NCBI GenBank assembly: GCA_012862495.1
Contig: BLSG01000394.1
Location: 2,443-66,442, forward strand
Reading direction: 5' to 3'
From: Thraustochytrium aureum
Lineage: Eukaryota
DNA: 64,000 nt
Under the pieces are notes generated by a model. The model made no database searches. It saw nothing but the letters and a program-made list of their open reading frames with translations, and was not told the origin of the DNA. Each line of letters starts with the position of its first letter. Position 1 is the stretch's first letter. Positions 11,443-24,311 of the stretch are shown here, piece by piece. The position numbers and the translations under genes were made by a program.

Positions 11443-13853
11443 AGGTTCTCGCGAGGTCAGTTCTTCGGGGAAGAGCACCTCACGCTCGAACAGCAACGGA
11501 CGAGCGCCTGCGATGTTGTCGTGCTCGAGGACGCGACGCTGATCGCCTTGCCGCTCGACAAAGTGCGCGCCGCGCTCGAGGAATACGCGCGCGAGGAGGC
11601 CGCCATGGAGGCATCCGTGGCAGGCTCAGACGCAGTTGCAGGCGCCGGGCTGGCCGTCCAGGCGCTCCTTGACTGCGACACGGACGATGAAAGTGAAGAC
11701 AGCGGGCCCACCTCGCGCGAGGCCGAGCCTTCCATCCGCGAGCCGCCGCAGGTCGGCAGGAGCAACGCAGCCATTTCTGTTCTGGACGACCTCCGGATCC
11801 ACTTTGTCGCACGCGTCCTCCTGGGCGTGCACGACTTTGCACACGCAGCGACCACCGAGGCGATGGCTCGCGCAATTGCCTCGCGGGCAACTCAATTCGC
11901 AATTATGCAGGGCGAGGCCCTGTCGGGCGTTGAGTTTGCTGCCTCCTGCATGCGGCAACACGTGCGCGGCGAAAGCAGCGACGGGATCTTGGTCGTCACC
12001 CAGGGCTCCCTTGTTTTCAAGGAGGCAGACGAGCTCCACCCCGACGTGGAAAAAGTCGTGGGCCGCCTCGAGGTGGGCCAGTCAGCGCACCTTAGCGTGC
12101 TTGCGAACCAGCCAGGGCTTGTCGTGCGCGCCGAGGGCGACACCTGCATTCTCGTCGCGCACGCCAGCGACGCGACCGCCCACATACGCCACAGCGCTGG
12201 CCCGGCGCGGCTCTCAAAGTTCTCTTCGTCGAACAACATGCTAAAGTTCGGCCTCGGGGCGCAGGAGCCGACCGTCTCGCCCAAGACGGAAGCGAAAAAG
12301 GCCCGCAAGCGCGCTTTGCCAGCTCCCTGCAGCTCGCCTCTCGCGCGCAGCGGTGAGCACGCCGAGGCGCACGTTGCGCGCCGCGTGGCACAACCAAACG
12401 AAGATGCGGCCGCCGGCGCGTCCGAGCAAGAGGACCAAGACCCGGCCTCGCCGCTGCCCTCGCCCACGCAGGCTCCGCCCGCCGGGTACGCGTCTTACAA
12501 AAGTCGAAAAAGCAGCTCCAGTTCCTGCAGGGCCTGCAGCCGCTCTCGGTCGAGTGCAGCAACGGAGAATCGCCCATGCCAGCGCCGCCCCAGTGCGCAT
12601 CGTGCCCTTCGGCGCTCGCGGGCGTCCCTGCGCTGCACAAGTGGCCCGGCACGCCCCCGAGCAGGTCGCCCAAGAAGCGAAAGAGCGGGCTCGTCCTCTC
12701 GCTCAGTTCGCTCGAAACCATCAACACCCTGGGCAAAGGCGCGTTCGGCACAGTCAGCCTCGTGCGCCACAAACACTCCAACCAGATCTTCGCCCTCAAA
12801 CAGATGGACAAGAGCATGATCGTAGCCAAGCGGCAAGAGTCGCGCGCGCGCAGCGAGAAAACCATCATGGAAAAGCTTGGCCCGCACCCCTTCATCACAA
12901 ACCTGGTGCGCTCGTTTCGCGACAACCACCATATATATCTGCTTTTGGAGGCGGGCCTTGGCGGGGACCTCTTCGACCTCATGGCCAACAGGCCCGCGCA
13001 GAGCCTCTCCATGGACGAGGTCGGCTTCTTTGCGCCGCAGCTCACGCTCGCCCTCGAGTTTCTCCACCGCCACAACGTCGTGTACCGCGACGTAAAGCCA
13101 GAGAACAGCATCCTCTGTGTCGACGGCTACTTGCGCCTCACGGACTTTGGCCTCGCCAAGGACCTCGGCCCGCAGGGCCGCACCTACTCGCTCTGCGGGA
13201 CGCCGACCTTTGTCGCGCCCGAGGTGCTCACACTCGGCGGCTACGCGTGCCCCATCGACTGGTGGGGCCTCGGCGTGTTCCTCTACGAGATCGCTGCGGG
13301 GGCCTTCCCCTTCGACGCGCAGAGCATGGTCGCGCTTCGCTCCGAGCACCGGGCCTACGCAAAGGCCTACCCAAACAACCCAATTTACGACACGCTGCTG
13401 GCAAAGACAGGCAGCCCGCTATTCGTCGACCTCGTGCGCGCCCTGCTCCACCCAACGGCTGCCAAGCGCATCGGCTCGCGGTCCCAGGGCGCCTCCGCAG
13501 TCGCGGTGCGCTCGCACCCTTTCTTTGCCGACACGCAGTGGTCGCGCCTCGTCTCCAGAGAGGAGCGCGCCCCCGAGTCCATCTTCGCCTGCGTGGCGGC
13601 GTCCAAGGTACTCGAAGCTACGCACGCGGCATCGTCCAAACTCAGCAAAGCGCACTCGTTCTGCAGCCTTTCTTCGACGGCAACCTCGTACCCAGGCTCC
13701 ACGGCCTCCATATGCCCGTCCTTTGCGCCCGCGAGCCTGCCATCCGCCGAGGCGCTGCCCGCGCCGCCGCCCCTCAGCACCGGGTTTGTCGATAAGCCGG
13801 CGACAGCTCCGCACAAGCAATCGCCGCCCAAGCTCTGGGACGTCATTTTCTGA
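11443..13853 (+). CDS. Cyclic-nucleotide-binding domain + AGC kinase (PKG-like); 5' end in gap, frameshift near 12500
   Basis: The frame from 11443 reads RFSRGQFFGEEHL...RTSACDVVVLEDATLIAL (cNMP-binding FGE motif). Kinase motifs LGKGAFGTV, FALK, YRDVKPEN, DFGLAK, TYSLCGTP and DWWGLG. One extra A in the run near 12500 joins the frames as YKKSKKQLQFL. Confidence 0.85.
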
Positions 13854-14175
13854 GAGGGGCGCCGACGAGGCTGGGACCGCTCGAGTTTGCTTTCGTGAAG
13901 TCTGCAAACTGCGCAGCGCGCCGGGCAAGAGCGCAACCGGCGCCACTTTGACAACCAAACATACTGTAAACGCAAGTACCGGTCCTTCCTACACGCACCA
14001 CATACATTTACACAAGCTGCAGTTCCTTGGAAGAGTACCTAGACCAAGGATCGCTCTTCCGAGCCCACAGGCGACAACGGCAAGCCAAGGTTTTGCGATG
14101 GGGGCACACCATCCAACGCAGAGTAGCGCGTCTCAACGTCCATCCAACGAGTCTCAACTTCCCTTTGCTCAATGT

Positions 14176-16622
14176 CTATTTCTTCTTCTTCTTCCCGTCC
14201 TTGCCCTTGCCGTCTTTGCCGCCGTCGCCCTCTTGCAGCGCCTTGACCTGGTCGCGGCGGTCGCGGAGACCACTGATTGCCGCCGTGAAAGCCTGAAACT
14301 TGGCGTTGTCCTCAGCGTACGTGCACGGCAGTGACGAGAGGGGCGTAATAAAGTCCTTCTCCGAGATCGGCCGCGTCTTGAGCGTGCTTAGCCGGCGCTC
14401 TGTAAGCGTCTTGCTGATCGCCAGCTTGATCGAACCAGCCGAAAACCCTTCAGACACAAGGGCCAGCGCGCTCACGTCAATCTGCTCTGGGATGTCCATC
14501 TCCTCCTTGTTGAACGCGCGCTCGAGGAAGGCTCGCCAGAGCTGCACCCGGGAAGCATNNNNNNNNNNNNNNNNNNNNNNNNNNNNNNNNNNNNNNNNNN
14601 NNNNNNNNNNNNNNNNNNNNNNNNNNNNNNNNNNNNNNNNNNNNNNNNNNNNNNNNNNNNNNNNNNNNNNNNNNNNNNNNNNNNNNNNNNNNNNNNNNNN
14701 NNNNNNNNNNNNNNNNNNNNNNNNNNNNNNNNNNNNNNNNNNNNNNNNNNNNNNNNNNNNNNNNNNNNNNNNNNNNNNNNNNNNNNNNNNNNNNNNNNNN
14801 NNNNNNNNNNNNNNNNNNNNNNNNNNNNNNNNNNNNNNNNNNNNNNNNNNNNNNNNNNNNNNNNNNNNNNNNNNNNNNNNNNNNNNNNNNNNNNNNNNNN
14901 NNNNNNNNNNNNNNNNNNNNNNNNNNNNNNNNNNNNNNNNNNNNNNNNNNNNNNNNGCCTTTCTTGCCGCCCGAAGCGGCGGCCTCGAGCTGGGACTTGA
15001 GATTCTGCAGTTGCTGCACGAGCATCTTGTCGACGTTCTCGCGCACCTCCTCCTCTACGTTGGGGCGCACAACGTTCTTGGCGAGTTCGACGTCGTGCTT
15101 TTGCTGAAAGTTTTCGGACTCGTCTCTGTCAAGCCACACCTGCTGGTACCTGTCGAGGGCGTCCTTGAGCGTGCGCGAGAACAGGCTCGGTCCGGAAAGA
15201 GGCGGGATCTTCTCCACCTCTTCTGGCTCTTCGCCTTTCCCCTTGCCCTTGGCGGCCTTCTTGTCGTCCTTCTTGTCGCCCTTGCCCTTGCCCTTGGCGC
15301 CTTTTGCGTCTGCCTCCTCCGCTTCCTCTTCCACGGGAGGGTTTTTGGCCAGGTAAAACCCGCCGAGGTCCTCCGGGAAGACTCCTTTGCCGAGCTCGTC
15401 GGTGAACCAAGCTCTGCGCTCGTCCATCATGACCTCCCGCATGTCTGGGCCCTCTTCCTCCAGCACAGTACCGTGAAGCTCGATGAGGTCGTGCGCATAG
15501 CCGTCCTCGTTCTCCTTCTGCTCGTTTTTACGTCGCGACCGCGCAACGTCGAGGTCCTCGAAGAGCTTTTCCTCGGCCCGCTTGGCTTCGACGTCGTCCC
15601 ACTGGTTGCTGCGCCGCATTCCAATAAACGCCAGCTCCCGGTCGCGCTCCATAAGCGCCTTTTTGCGCGAGACGTTGCCGCCTTCGATCAGAGTCAGTTT
15701 GGTGTCGCTGGGCAAGCAAGCAGGCAGCCGCATGTATGTACACGCGCATCGACAAAGGGGCCAAAACAAAGCAGAGCAAGGGCCAAAAAGTAAAGCGTCG
15801 ACGGCGACTGAAATCCGCCGACGCGGAGGGAGCGAGGAGCCGAGCAAGTGCAAACGTACGGTAAAGGCGCTGGATGTTGGCGGCCGCGGCTTCTGGGTCC
15901 AGGTTGAAGCTGTCCGGTGTCTTCGCGAGCATCTTCTTGTTGCGCTCTTCTGCGGAGAGCGTCTGGACAAGCTGCCCGCGGACGAGGCCTTGCCTTCCGC
16001 GCTCCGACTGCTGCAGGCACGCGATGGCTTCGTCTATCGACATGTCAATCAGGGGGCGCCGCCGATCGAGCTCTGCGCGCTCGCCCTCCACAAGGAGGGA
16101 GACATCCTCGCCCAAGCGGGCCGTCTTGAGCGCGTCGACCAGCTTGTCTCGCGCGTTTTGCGCGTCTGCGTTCTCTTCCACAAAGTACCTCGGGATGGGC
16201 ACGTCGAGCGCCTTTGGCGGGAGTTTGAGGTCGACGAGGACGTCGTCAAAGTTGACGTACTCCCATGGTAGTGGGCCGTCGCAGCCGTCCGCCACGAGAG
16301 TCGGGTGAACTGGGTTCCACTTGATGAGCAGGTGCTTGATCTCCAGCAAGCGCGACATGACCAGCTCCATGACCATCTTGACGTCAATCCTCTTTTGCGG
16401 ATGGAGCATCCCATCGTAGCAAGCCTCCAGGCTGCGCAGAATCTCGAGGTACCGAATGTACAGACAGGACCAGTGCTGCGTCGCTTCTGCAAGGCTTGCA
16501 CTTGCTGGTGCCGGCGCCGTCTCGCCTTCGCGCAGCCCTATCGTGTGATCCTCCAGATGCAGCTGCTCGTTGAGCTCCGCCATGGCCTCCTGCCACCTCA
16601 TGTCAAACGTCGAGTTGGCCAT
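14176..16622 (-). CDS. IQCA1: IQ motif and AAA domain protein (IQCA1 / dynein regulatory complex DRC11); intron 15682-15859; AAA core lost in gap
   Basis: N-terminus MANSTFDMRWQEA...LYIRYLEILRSLEACYDGMLHPQKR. Splicing GTACGT..CTGAC..AAG restores the IQ motif IQRLYRGNVSR. Lys/Gly-rich segments and a C-terminal AAA-lid-like EGFSAGSIKLAI. Confidence 0.88.
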
Positions 16623-17284
16623 CGCGCCGCAGTCAACGCCGCCGCTGCCACCTCAACCGACTGAGCAGCCGGAAATCGCTTCCAGCCCGCTCCTACTCGC
16701 GCCCTGAAACGCCAACGACTTGGGCACGCCGTGGACCTCGTCGCGCTTTCGCAACTGCCGCGAGCTGCAACAGGCTTCGACGAGCGAGCGAGCGAGCGAG
16801 CGAGTCAACAGAAACCCGGGAGCACGCGGCACAAAATCCATTCTTCCAGAGGCACCGCCGCCTCATCCCCGAGCAGCTGCGCCTGCCCCGCACAGCCTCC
16901 ACAAGCGCCTGCTGCCCCCACACCTGCTGACAACGTAACGGACATACCGGACACATCTTCCTGCAAACCCTTCCTTCGTTCCTCGTTCGTAACGACCACC
17001 CCCCTTGAGGACGCCTGCACACCGTGCCACCGTGCGTTTTCACATCACGTAGTCTCCTTCGTCACGACCACGGCGCGCAACGTCGCGCGGGTGCGTCACA
17101 GCGACTCTAGTGTGACGCGACTGCAGCACGATGCTGTCGGGCGAACAGCAGGTCTCTCGTCATGCGTAGGTCCTCGGTGACGAGCGGGCCGTCGGGGCGG
17201 GAGGACTCGAGAGAGAGTGTACACAGGCGAGCAGCAGACGGAGACGCTGCGGCTCGGCTCTGCCTTTGCTCGATCGATTCGATG

Positions 17285-17497
17285 ATGGGGGCCTGCCTGG
17301 GAGCGCAGGCGGCGCCGCGGGCGCCTAGCGACGACTGGAGCTCGCCGCTCGGCAGGAACGAGGCCGCCTTCGCCGCGTTCAAAAAGGGCAAGAAGGAGGA
17401 CGGTGCACCAGCTGCTGCTCCGGTGACGGCCGTCGGCCACGTGCAGCAGCACGGGGCCTGGGAGCTGGACATGGCGGCGCCCGAGCGCGAGGCGTGA
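17285..17497 (+). CDS. Putative 70-aa small protein with N-terminal MGAC acylation motif
   Basis: MGACLGAQ...AFAAFKKGKKED...MAAPEREA*. It occupies otherwise empty space between IQCA1 and DDB1. No homology recognised. Confidence 0.4.
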   Translation: MGACLGAQAAPRAPSDDWSSPLGRNEAAFAAFKKGKKEDGAPAAAPVTAVGHVQQHGAWELDMAAPEREA

Positions 17498-17765
17498 GCG
17501 CGGCGGCCGCAAAGGTGATCAGTTAGGTAGTATTTTGAAGAAAGCGTCGTTGTGCTCTGGCTGAGCCCCAGCGCTGCGCGCACACAAGCAGCGCACTCTA
17601 AGGTGGACGCTCGTTTTCCCGGCGCTGCCGTCTGGCTTCCCCGCCCCTCTTTCGGGCGCCTGGCGCTGGCGCCTCGCTCCTTCGCCCTCTCCAGGGATCG
17701 CTTGGCGCGTCTCCCGCACGCGAAGAAGAACCCCAAAGCCGAGTAACGTCGCTGCAGCCAGCGCG

Positions 17766-20700
17766 TCAGTGCAGGCGAGTCAGGTCCTCGACAAAGCGTG
17801 TCAGCGAGTCGACGTCAAGCGTGAGAACGAGCGAGTCTGAAGCGGGCACGCCAGCGCCAGCCGCGAGGATGCTTGCAATGTCGTTGTCGTCCTTCATGCC
17901 GACCTTGCCGTTCACTCGGTCAACCACGTCCTGCGCGTCCTTGACGTCCAGGTCGAGAAAGGCCTCGATGAGGTCGCCGTCAACAAAACCTTTGCAGGGC
18001 GACTCTTTCCGGTCGTTGGAGAACGAGCGCCATGCCGCGTGGCTGAGCCCCCCCACGCTGCTGATTACTTCGCTGAGAGCACGCTCCATCCGCTTGAGCA
18101 GCTTGAACTGGGCCTCGGAGAGGTGCGCAACAACCCCAATGCACCCGTTGACGGTGGCGAAAAGCATTTGCGGCTTCGGGGCAGAGTTAAGCACGGCGCG
18201 CAGCGCCNNNNNNNNNNNNNNNNNNNNNNNNNNNNNNNNNNNNNNNNNNNNNNNNNNNNNNNNNNNNNNNNNNNNNNNNNNNNNNNNNNNNNNNNNNNNN
18301 NNNNNNAGCGAGCCGTGGTGGAACCGTTGCAAACTCGCCGAGGTGGTACTCGCCAACAACCTTGAGCATGTGGCGCGCCTCCTCGGTGGCGGCTTCGCTG
18401 TTTTTCTGAACCGTGATGAGGTTCATGTGCGTCTCGGCGCCGATGTAGGTGTCGTCGTCGCAGATACCCACCGCGGTCATCCAGTTGGCGTTGTAGTCGC
18501 GCGCAATCTCCTCGATCGTTTCGTCCAAGTTGCGGTACACGAGCAGGCTAAGCGACTTCATGAGGTCGCCGACCACGATAAAGTCGCCGCGGCTCTCCAG
18601 GTAGAGGGCCAAAATGTGGTCATTGTGGCCGCCCTTGGAGACGAGCTCGCTCTGGTCCGGCCCGCGGTCCACGAACGAAAACAGCTTGACCTTCGAGTTG
18701 ATCCCGGCGAGCAGCTTGCCGTTGAACGCGTTCAGGCAGTACACTGCGCCGCGCGTCTGCTTTTCCGCTACCAACACCAGCTTGCGCGAGCGGCCCTCGA
18801 TGGCTGCATCAGTGGGGCCTGACTTTGAGCCCCCAATGGCACCGCCTGCCTCATGGTCTGCCACCTCGAAGATGAGAATGCGGCCCTTGTGCGGCTCTTG
18901 CTCGCCCTCGATCGCGTACGCGGTACCCACGACAATATACTCCTTTTCGGCACCGCGGTTTCTCCCGTCACCGCTTCCCGTGCTCAAGTGCATTTTGGAC
19001 GGCACGACGGAGGAGGAGGAGGAGGAGGAGGAGGAAGCGGCGGCGGCGGTGGCGCCCGCGGCTGCATTCGAGGCGCCCGTGGCGGTGTTGTCCCCGGCGG
19101 GGTCCGGCGCGTCGTCTGTGAACGTGCAGCAGATAATCGAGCACCCTGTCTCAAACTCGTCGAGCTGGAACGAGTCGAGCACGTCAAAGCTGACGTCGTC
19201 GATGAGGCGCACGTAGCTAGTCTCGATCATATCGAGCTGCTCATCGCCGGCGCCGTCCGTCTCCATAGGGTCCGCAAAGCCGGAGACGGGCCTTGCCGCG
19301 CCGTCGTCGGCCCTGGCCGGGGCGCCAGCAGTGGCCCGAAACACGCCCGTTCCGCTGCGGATCGTGCAGACACCAAAGGCGCGCGAAGAGCGCTGGTGGC
19401 AGATGCGGCGCGGCTGCTCGCCGAGCGGGTGTGAGCGGATGTGCAGTTTTTGGATCTCGTTGATGGTTCCGATCGTGAGGTCCTCCTCCGACGCAAGGGC
19501 CAGACAGTCGGGAAAGCTCTCGGTGTTGTAAGACACCATGCTGGTTACCTCGCGCTGGTTGACGTTCGAGTAGAGCAGCTTGCTCCCGCTCGAGTAGATG
19601 ACTGTCGGGCGGTCCGTCCCGGCGAAAATGTGCGTCGACTCCTTGCTGCGAAACTTGGACAGCGAGATGGGGCGCGAGCCCAGCGCGATCTTCTTCCGGT
19701 TGCCCAAGAGCTTGCCCTTCTCGGCGCCACGCATCACGCTGAAGGTGACCAGCTTGCCGTCACCGAGCCCAGCGAGCAAATGGTCGTAGCCCTCGAGCGT
19801 CACGAAGCACAGCGAGCGCGGAATCGTCTCTACCCCGAGCTTCTCCTTGTGGATCTCCTCCAGCGAGGGCAGCGCAACGATGCGGATCGTGACGTCTGTC
19901 CACATCCCGATCGCGGCCAAGTCAGAAGACCACGGTTCTTCGTCCGGGGTCGAAGCCTTGCCGTCCTCCTCCATGGCGTCCTCTTCCATGGCGTTGCCCG
20001 ACCCGGAGCGAATCCCAAGCGGCGAGATGGTGATGCAGGCCACCTCATTCTCAAGCTGCCGAGAGGCCTTCTCCACGAGGTTGCCTTGGTCCTCGTCGAC
20101 CTCGAACAGGACAACCTCGCCCCCGTCCAGGGCGACGAGCAGCTGTGTTGCGTTGGCGCTTGCCACCGTAATACTGCGCCCCTCGGCTGGCGCCCAGCGA
20201 GAGTGGACCTGGTTGACGTCCGCGCACTTGATGAGACGGGCCTCGCGCGAGGTCACCTGCAGTAGAAAGTCGCCCTTCATGTTGGCGCAGCACAGTGTTG
20301 CAAGGTCTGCGTCGAGCCCGCCGATATCAGCCTCGCCGAGCTCCTCGTCCTCGATCGCCAGCACGCGAGTCTCGCCAACGAACGTCTGCACCAAGTACTT
20401 GTCCCATTTGGATTCGAACGAGCCGCGCAGAGACCACATCGCCTTGATTCCTGGCAGCTCCACGGCGGCCTGCTCATCGATGCCGATTCCGTTGCGCACG
20501 ACACGAAGCGAGCCGTCCTTGAACGCACCAGAGCAGGTAACGATCTGACCCTGGCCTTGCCGGTCGAGGTCAACGACGCAAAAGTCGACGATCGGTCCGA
20601 GATTGGTGCAGGTCTGCACCACCTCGATGTACGAGTCGGTCTCCTCATCCTTCTCGGGCGAGAGGCGGATCAGCTGCGAGTCCCCGAACGAGCTTCCAAT

Positions 20701-21929
20701 GAAGACAAACCCGTTGTCCAGGTAAGCCAGCGAGGAGGCGATAGAGGTCTCCCCAAGAAACTCCATCGTCAAGTCCACGACGGTTAAGGTGGGCCTGGCC
20801 GACGCTGCTGCCGCAGGAGCAGCCGGGGGTGGCGCCGCAGAAGAAGAGGACGAGGAGGACGAGGACGAGGAGGACGAACTCGCGGCAACCCCGCCCGCCG
20901 ACGCGACCGACCCAGCTGCACCGAGGCCGCTCGATCCCCAGCTCGGAGTCGCGCTGACGCGGTCCACCTGGAGGGCGAGCACGTGGAGGCCGCCCCACTC
21001 GTCGCAGAGGAGCCAGCGCAGGCCGTCCGCGTCGATTGGGGCATATGCACGTATGAGCCCGCAGCGAACCGGGATTGCAATCGTCGTTCCGGCCAACCCC
21101 GAGCGGCCGCTAGCGCGCCCATTGCGGTAAGCGATGGTTTCGAGCCCCATGATGAGCACGCCGCCCGCGGGCTGGGGCACGGGGATGACCATGTTTGTGT
21201 CCAGGTCGACGTTGGGCTGGTTCCAAGGGCCCTCGGTGAACTCCATGTCCTTGAGAGAAATCCCGTACGTCTTGATGTGGCGCGTGCTGCGATTGTCGCG
21301 GTTATCTTCATACAGAACGCAAATGGTGGGCTCCTCGTAGCCGTGCAGAAACTGGATGTCGATGACGTTGATTTCCTCCAGGCGGATCTTGAAGGACTCG
21401 CGCAGCTGGCCGCGCGAGTCCATTGGGATCACGTCAAATTGGCCCTGGTACAGGTTGAGGCCGACGACGCGGCCGTCGGGGTCGATGATGCCGATCTGGC
21501 CCTTTTCGTTTGGGCGGTTGATGCGGCAGGTGATCTCGCCTTTGGCTTTCGTGACAATCTTGCTGGTCTTGGCGTCGTAGGAGAGCACAAAGTACTGTCG
21601 CCGTTCCGTGCAGATGAAAAGGAGCTCGCACTGCTCGCCGTGCGGTTTGTACAGCTTGCAGGTGGCCACGCGGCCGTAGATCCCGAGGTCGAATTGTGCC
21701 AGCAAGCCCTCTGTGCGTCGCGGTGTGCGGTCAGCGCCTCGGCTCTGCGCGGCGGGAAACCAGTGCCGGCCAAGCCAGCAGCCGTCAACTTACCGGGCGT
21801 CAGCGTATGGAACTCGATCCGCGTCGACTTGCAGATGATAAGGTTGAGCTCCGTCGGGCTCAAAAAGTGCCCCTTCAGTACATGCGTCACATTCGTCGGT
21901 TTCTGCGCCGACACCACATACTGATACAT
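17766..21929 (-). CDS. DDB1: DNA damage-binding protein 1 (CUL4 adaptor); intron 21711-21793
   Basis: MYQYVVSAQKPT...; splicing GTAAGT..CACAG gives TPEGLL. Conserved NLGPIVDF, CSGAFKDGSLRVVRNGIGI, IQKLHIR, GDFIVVGDLMKS, ARDYNANWMTAV, KGFVDGDLIEAFLDL and VEDLTRLH*. Sequence errors near 18325 (expected EFVNRFHHGSL). Confidence 0.97.
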
Positions 21930-22552
21930 CCTCCCGCTCGCCGCGCGTCTCCCTTGGCCGCCGTCTTCCGCCGCGCTCGCCGCGTCCCCCTCGGCCCGCC
22001 GCACGGCCACGACGACTCCGGTGGGCTTGTCGCAAAGCACTCGAGCCCTCGCCAGCCACTCCGCGCGCAAGCGCAAAGCCCCGTACGCGCAGCGGCACGC
22101 CCTCCTGCCCTCCTGNNNNNNNNNNNNNNNNNNNNNNNNNNNNNNNNNNNNNNNNNNNNNNNNNNNNNNNNNNNNNNNNNNNNNNNNNNNNNNNNNNNNN
22201 NNNNNNNNNNNNNNNNNNNNNNNNNNNNNNNNNNNNNNNNNNNNNNNNNNNNNNNNNNNNNNNNNNNNNNNNCTTTACTTTTGGGCCGGTACACCTTCGT
22301 ACAAGGCTTCTTGCCCGAAACGGCGAACGGCGAGGCCGCACCAACTGTTTGGTCTCGGACGGTGAAGTCGGTCATCATTTATTCGATTTAGCTTGTGGAC
22401 CGAGGGCTGCGCGCAGCATGCTCGAGGCTTTTCCCAGCTTGAGGTCTCGCACTTGAAAAAGCGATTGCACGGCAAATCGCCACCTGCAGCTTGTCTTGCT
22501 TGGGCAATGCGCGCGCATTGCACGTTCGGCGGCCGACGAACTATTGCACGCT

Positions 22553-23107
22553 TCAGACGAATAAGGCAAGAGCGGCGTCCAAATCGCCCTTGTCCATGGC
22601 AAGCACTGCGCAGGCGCCAGCCCACCCAGCGGCAGAGCAAGCGCCGAGTATGGCGCCTTCGAAGACGCTGCTTGCGACGCGGGCAAACGCTCGGCGCACG
22701 GTTGAGCGGCGCTCCACGTCGGTGCAATCGCATTCCGAGCTGCTGTCGCGCTTGCGCTTGCGATTCTCCTTCTCACCGCAACCAAGTGTACTGGATGGCT
22801 CGATGCAAAGGTCTTTCGGCTTGTCTGAGCCGAGCTCTTCGTTGCCATCCGGGCTGGAAACGGACTGCTTGGAGGCCCCTTGCCAAGCTGCAGAGTCCTC
22901 GCTGGCCGCATCGCCGCCTTGTTCAATACCCTCCACCACGTCGACATCGTGGCTGGGGCGCGTCCCGTCCGCCTCTTCTGGAGCCCTTTCCGGTTGGCTC
23001 GCCTTTTCTGGGCCCTTGGTGGTGTCCTCCTGCGTCGACAGCGTCTCGGCCTCGGCCTCCCTGTGCTCTTCCACGTTCGCCACGTTGTCATTCGCGAAAG
23101 GCGCCAT
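22553..23107 (-). CDS. Orphan 184-aa protein: acidic disordered N-terminus, RKRKR, C-terminal hydrophobic segment (paralog A)
   Basis: ATG-initiated ORF. Its C-terminal ~65 aa align with the ORF at 26725-27321, which supports coding status. Confidence 0.7.
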   Translation of the reverse strand: MAPFANDNVANVEEHREAEAETLSTQEDTTKGPEKASQPERAPEEADGTRPSHDVDVVEGIEQGGDAASEDSAAWQGASKQSVSSPDGNEELGSDKPKDLCIEPSSTLGCGEKENRKRKRDSSSECDCTDVERRSTVRRAFARVASSVFEGAILGACSAAGWAGACAVLAMDKGDLDAALALFV

Positions 23108-23117
23108 GTTTATGTTC

Positions 23118-23142
23118 TGATTGATTGATTGATTGATTGATT
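23118..23142. repeat. (GATT)n microsatellite just upstream of the paralog A start codon
   Basis: tgattgattgattgattgattgatt read directly. Confidence 0.9.
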
Positions 23143-24311
23143 TGAGTAGACGACAGCCGTTGCTCGCTTGTGTTGGTGTTGTTCGGTTTAGCTCGTTGTT
23201 GATGATAGGGATCTGCTACAGCCCTCGCCAAGCTCGCAGGATGGCTCCACTGAGCCCACGCCCCGAACCCAGCGAGGACACGCACCGCAACGGACGCTAC
23301 CGGACGAAAGAGTCTCAGCAGTGAACCCGGGTTGCGCAGTTTAACCGCTACGAACGGCTCGCGCTCGACCAACGCCAGAACAGCACGCACTTTCAGTCCG
23401 CTTGGGCCTTGGCAAGTCGATGTGGCGGCCAGTAAACGACAAAGGTTTCGTACGGTAGGTGTCCGCATCCGCGCAGTCCGCTCAACGTGCGGAGCGCGCT
23501 TGCACCAGAGAGGTACGCACTTGGTCACAGCCGACGGAGTCCGCCGTCGGAACAAGCATCGTTTCTACGGGGGTTTCGCTGTGACCGCCCTCCAGCAACC
23601 CAGCAAACCAGCCCTGACTCGGAGGTTCTCACGCTTGCGCCATTGCTCGGTTTGCTGCACATTTGCTCGTTGGACGGTGGCGCCGACTCGGCGCAGCGGC
23701 CTTGGCTGCCAGCCCTCCGAGATTCCTCAAGCCAAGGGTGGATGGGACTCGCTTGCCCGCAGAAAGGAGCCAACTGCTACCTCGGAGTAAGTACGCTACT
23801 CGGACGTCAGGTGCCAGCCAGCATCAGAACAGACGCGAACGCCATGGGCATGATTCGTGCCTCCAGCTGGCAGCCTCTCGGACGCAGCGAGATAGCCCAG
23901 CCTGAGCTGGCACGGCTGACCTCCGAAAGAACGACACGCACGAGTTCCGTCCGAGTACGAGCTCGCTCTGTGAGCCTGAAGCTTCCTGAGGAGCCAGCGC
24001 TCCTCACCCCCAAGGTGTGCGTGCACCTTGGGGGAGTGAGACACAACTCTCACGCTTCTATGACGGGTCTTGATCACCAAATCAGTGTGACACAGGCAGA
24101 GCCAGCGCGCATGCGATCACGCAGAGACCCGTGAGACAGAGCCACTGATGCATGCAACAGCAGCTGTCCGAGTCGCAATCAGATCTCCCCCTTACCGTTG
24201 GGCCTGCGGTGTTTCGTTGGTCGAGCAGAGCATCTCTAGAGCCAGCAGACCGCGATTGGGCACACGAACAAAACAGCGCACAGACAGAAGAAACGGAGAA
24301 GGCGGAGGAAG

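Noticed and set aside
23200..24300. Short ORFs between paralog A and the glucosyltransferase
   Set aside because: No ATG-led ORF with coding-like composition or recognisable motif; treated as divergent promoter/intergenic DNA.
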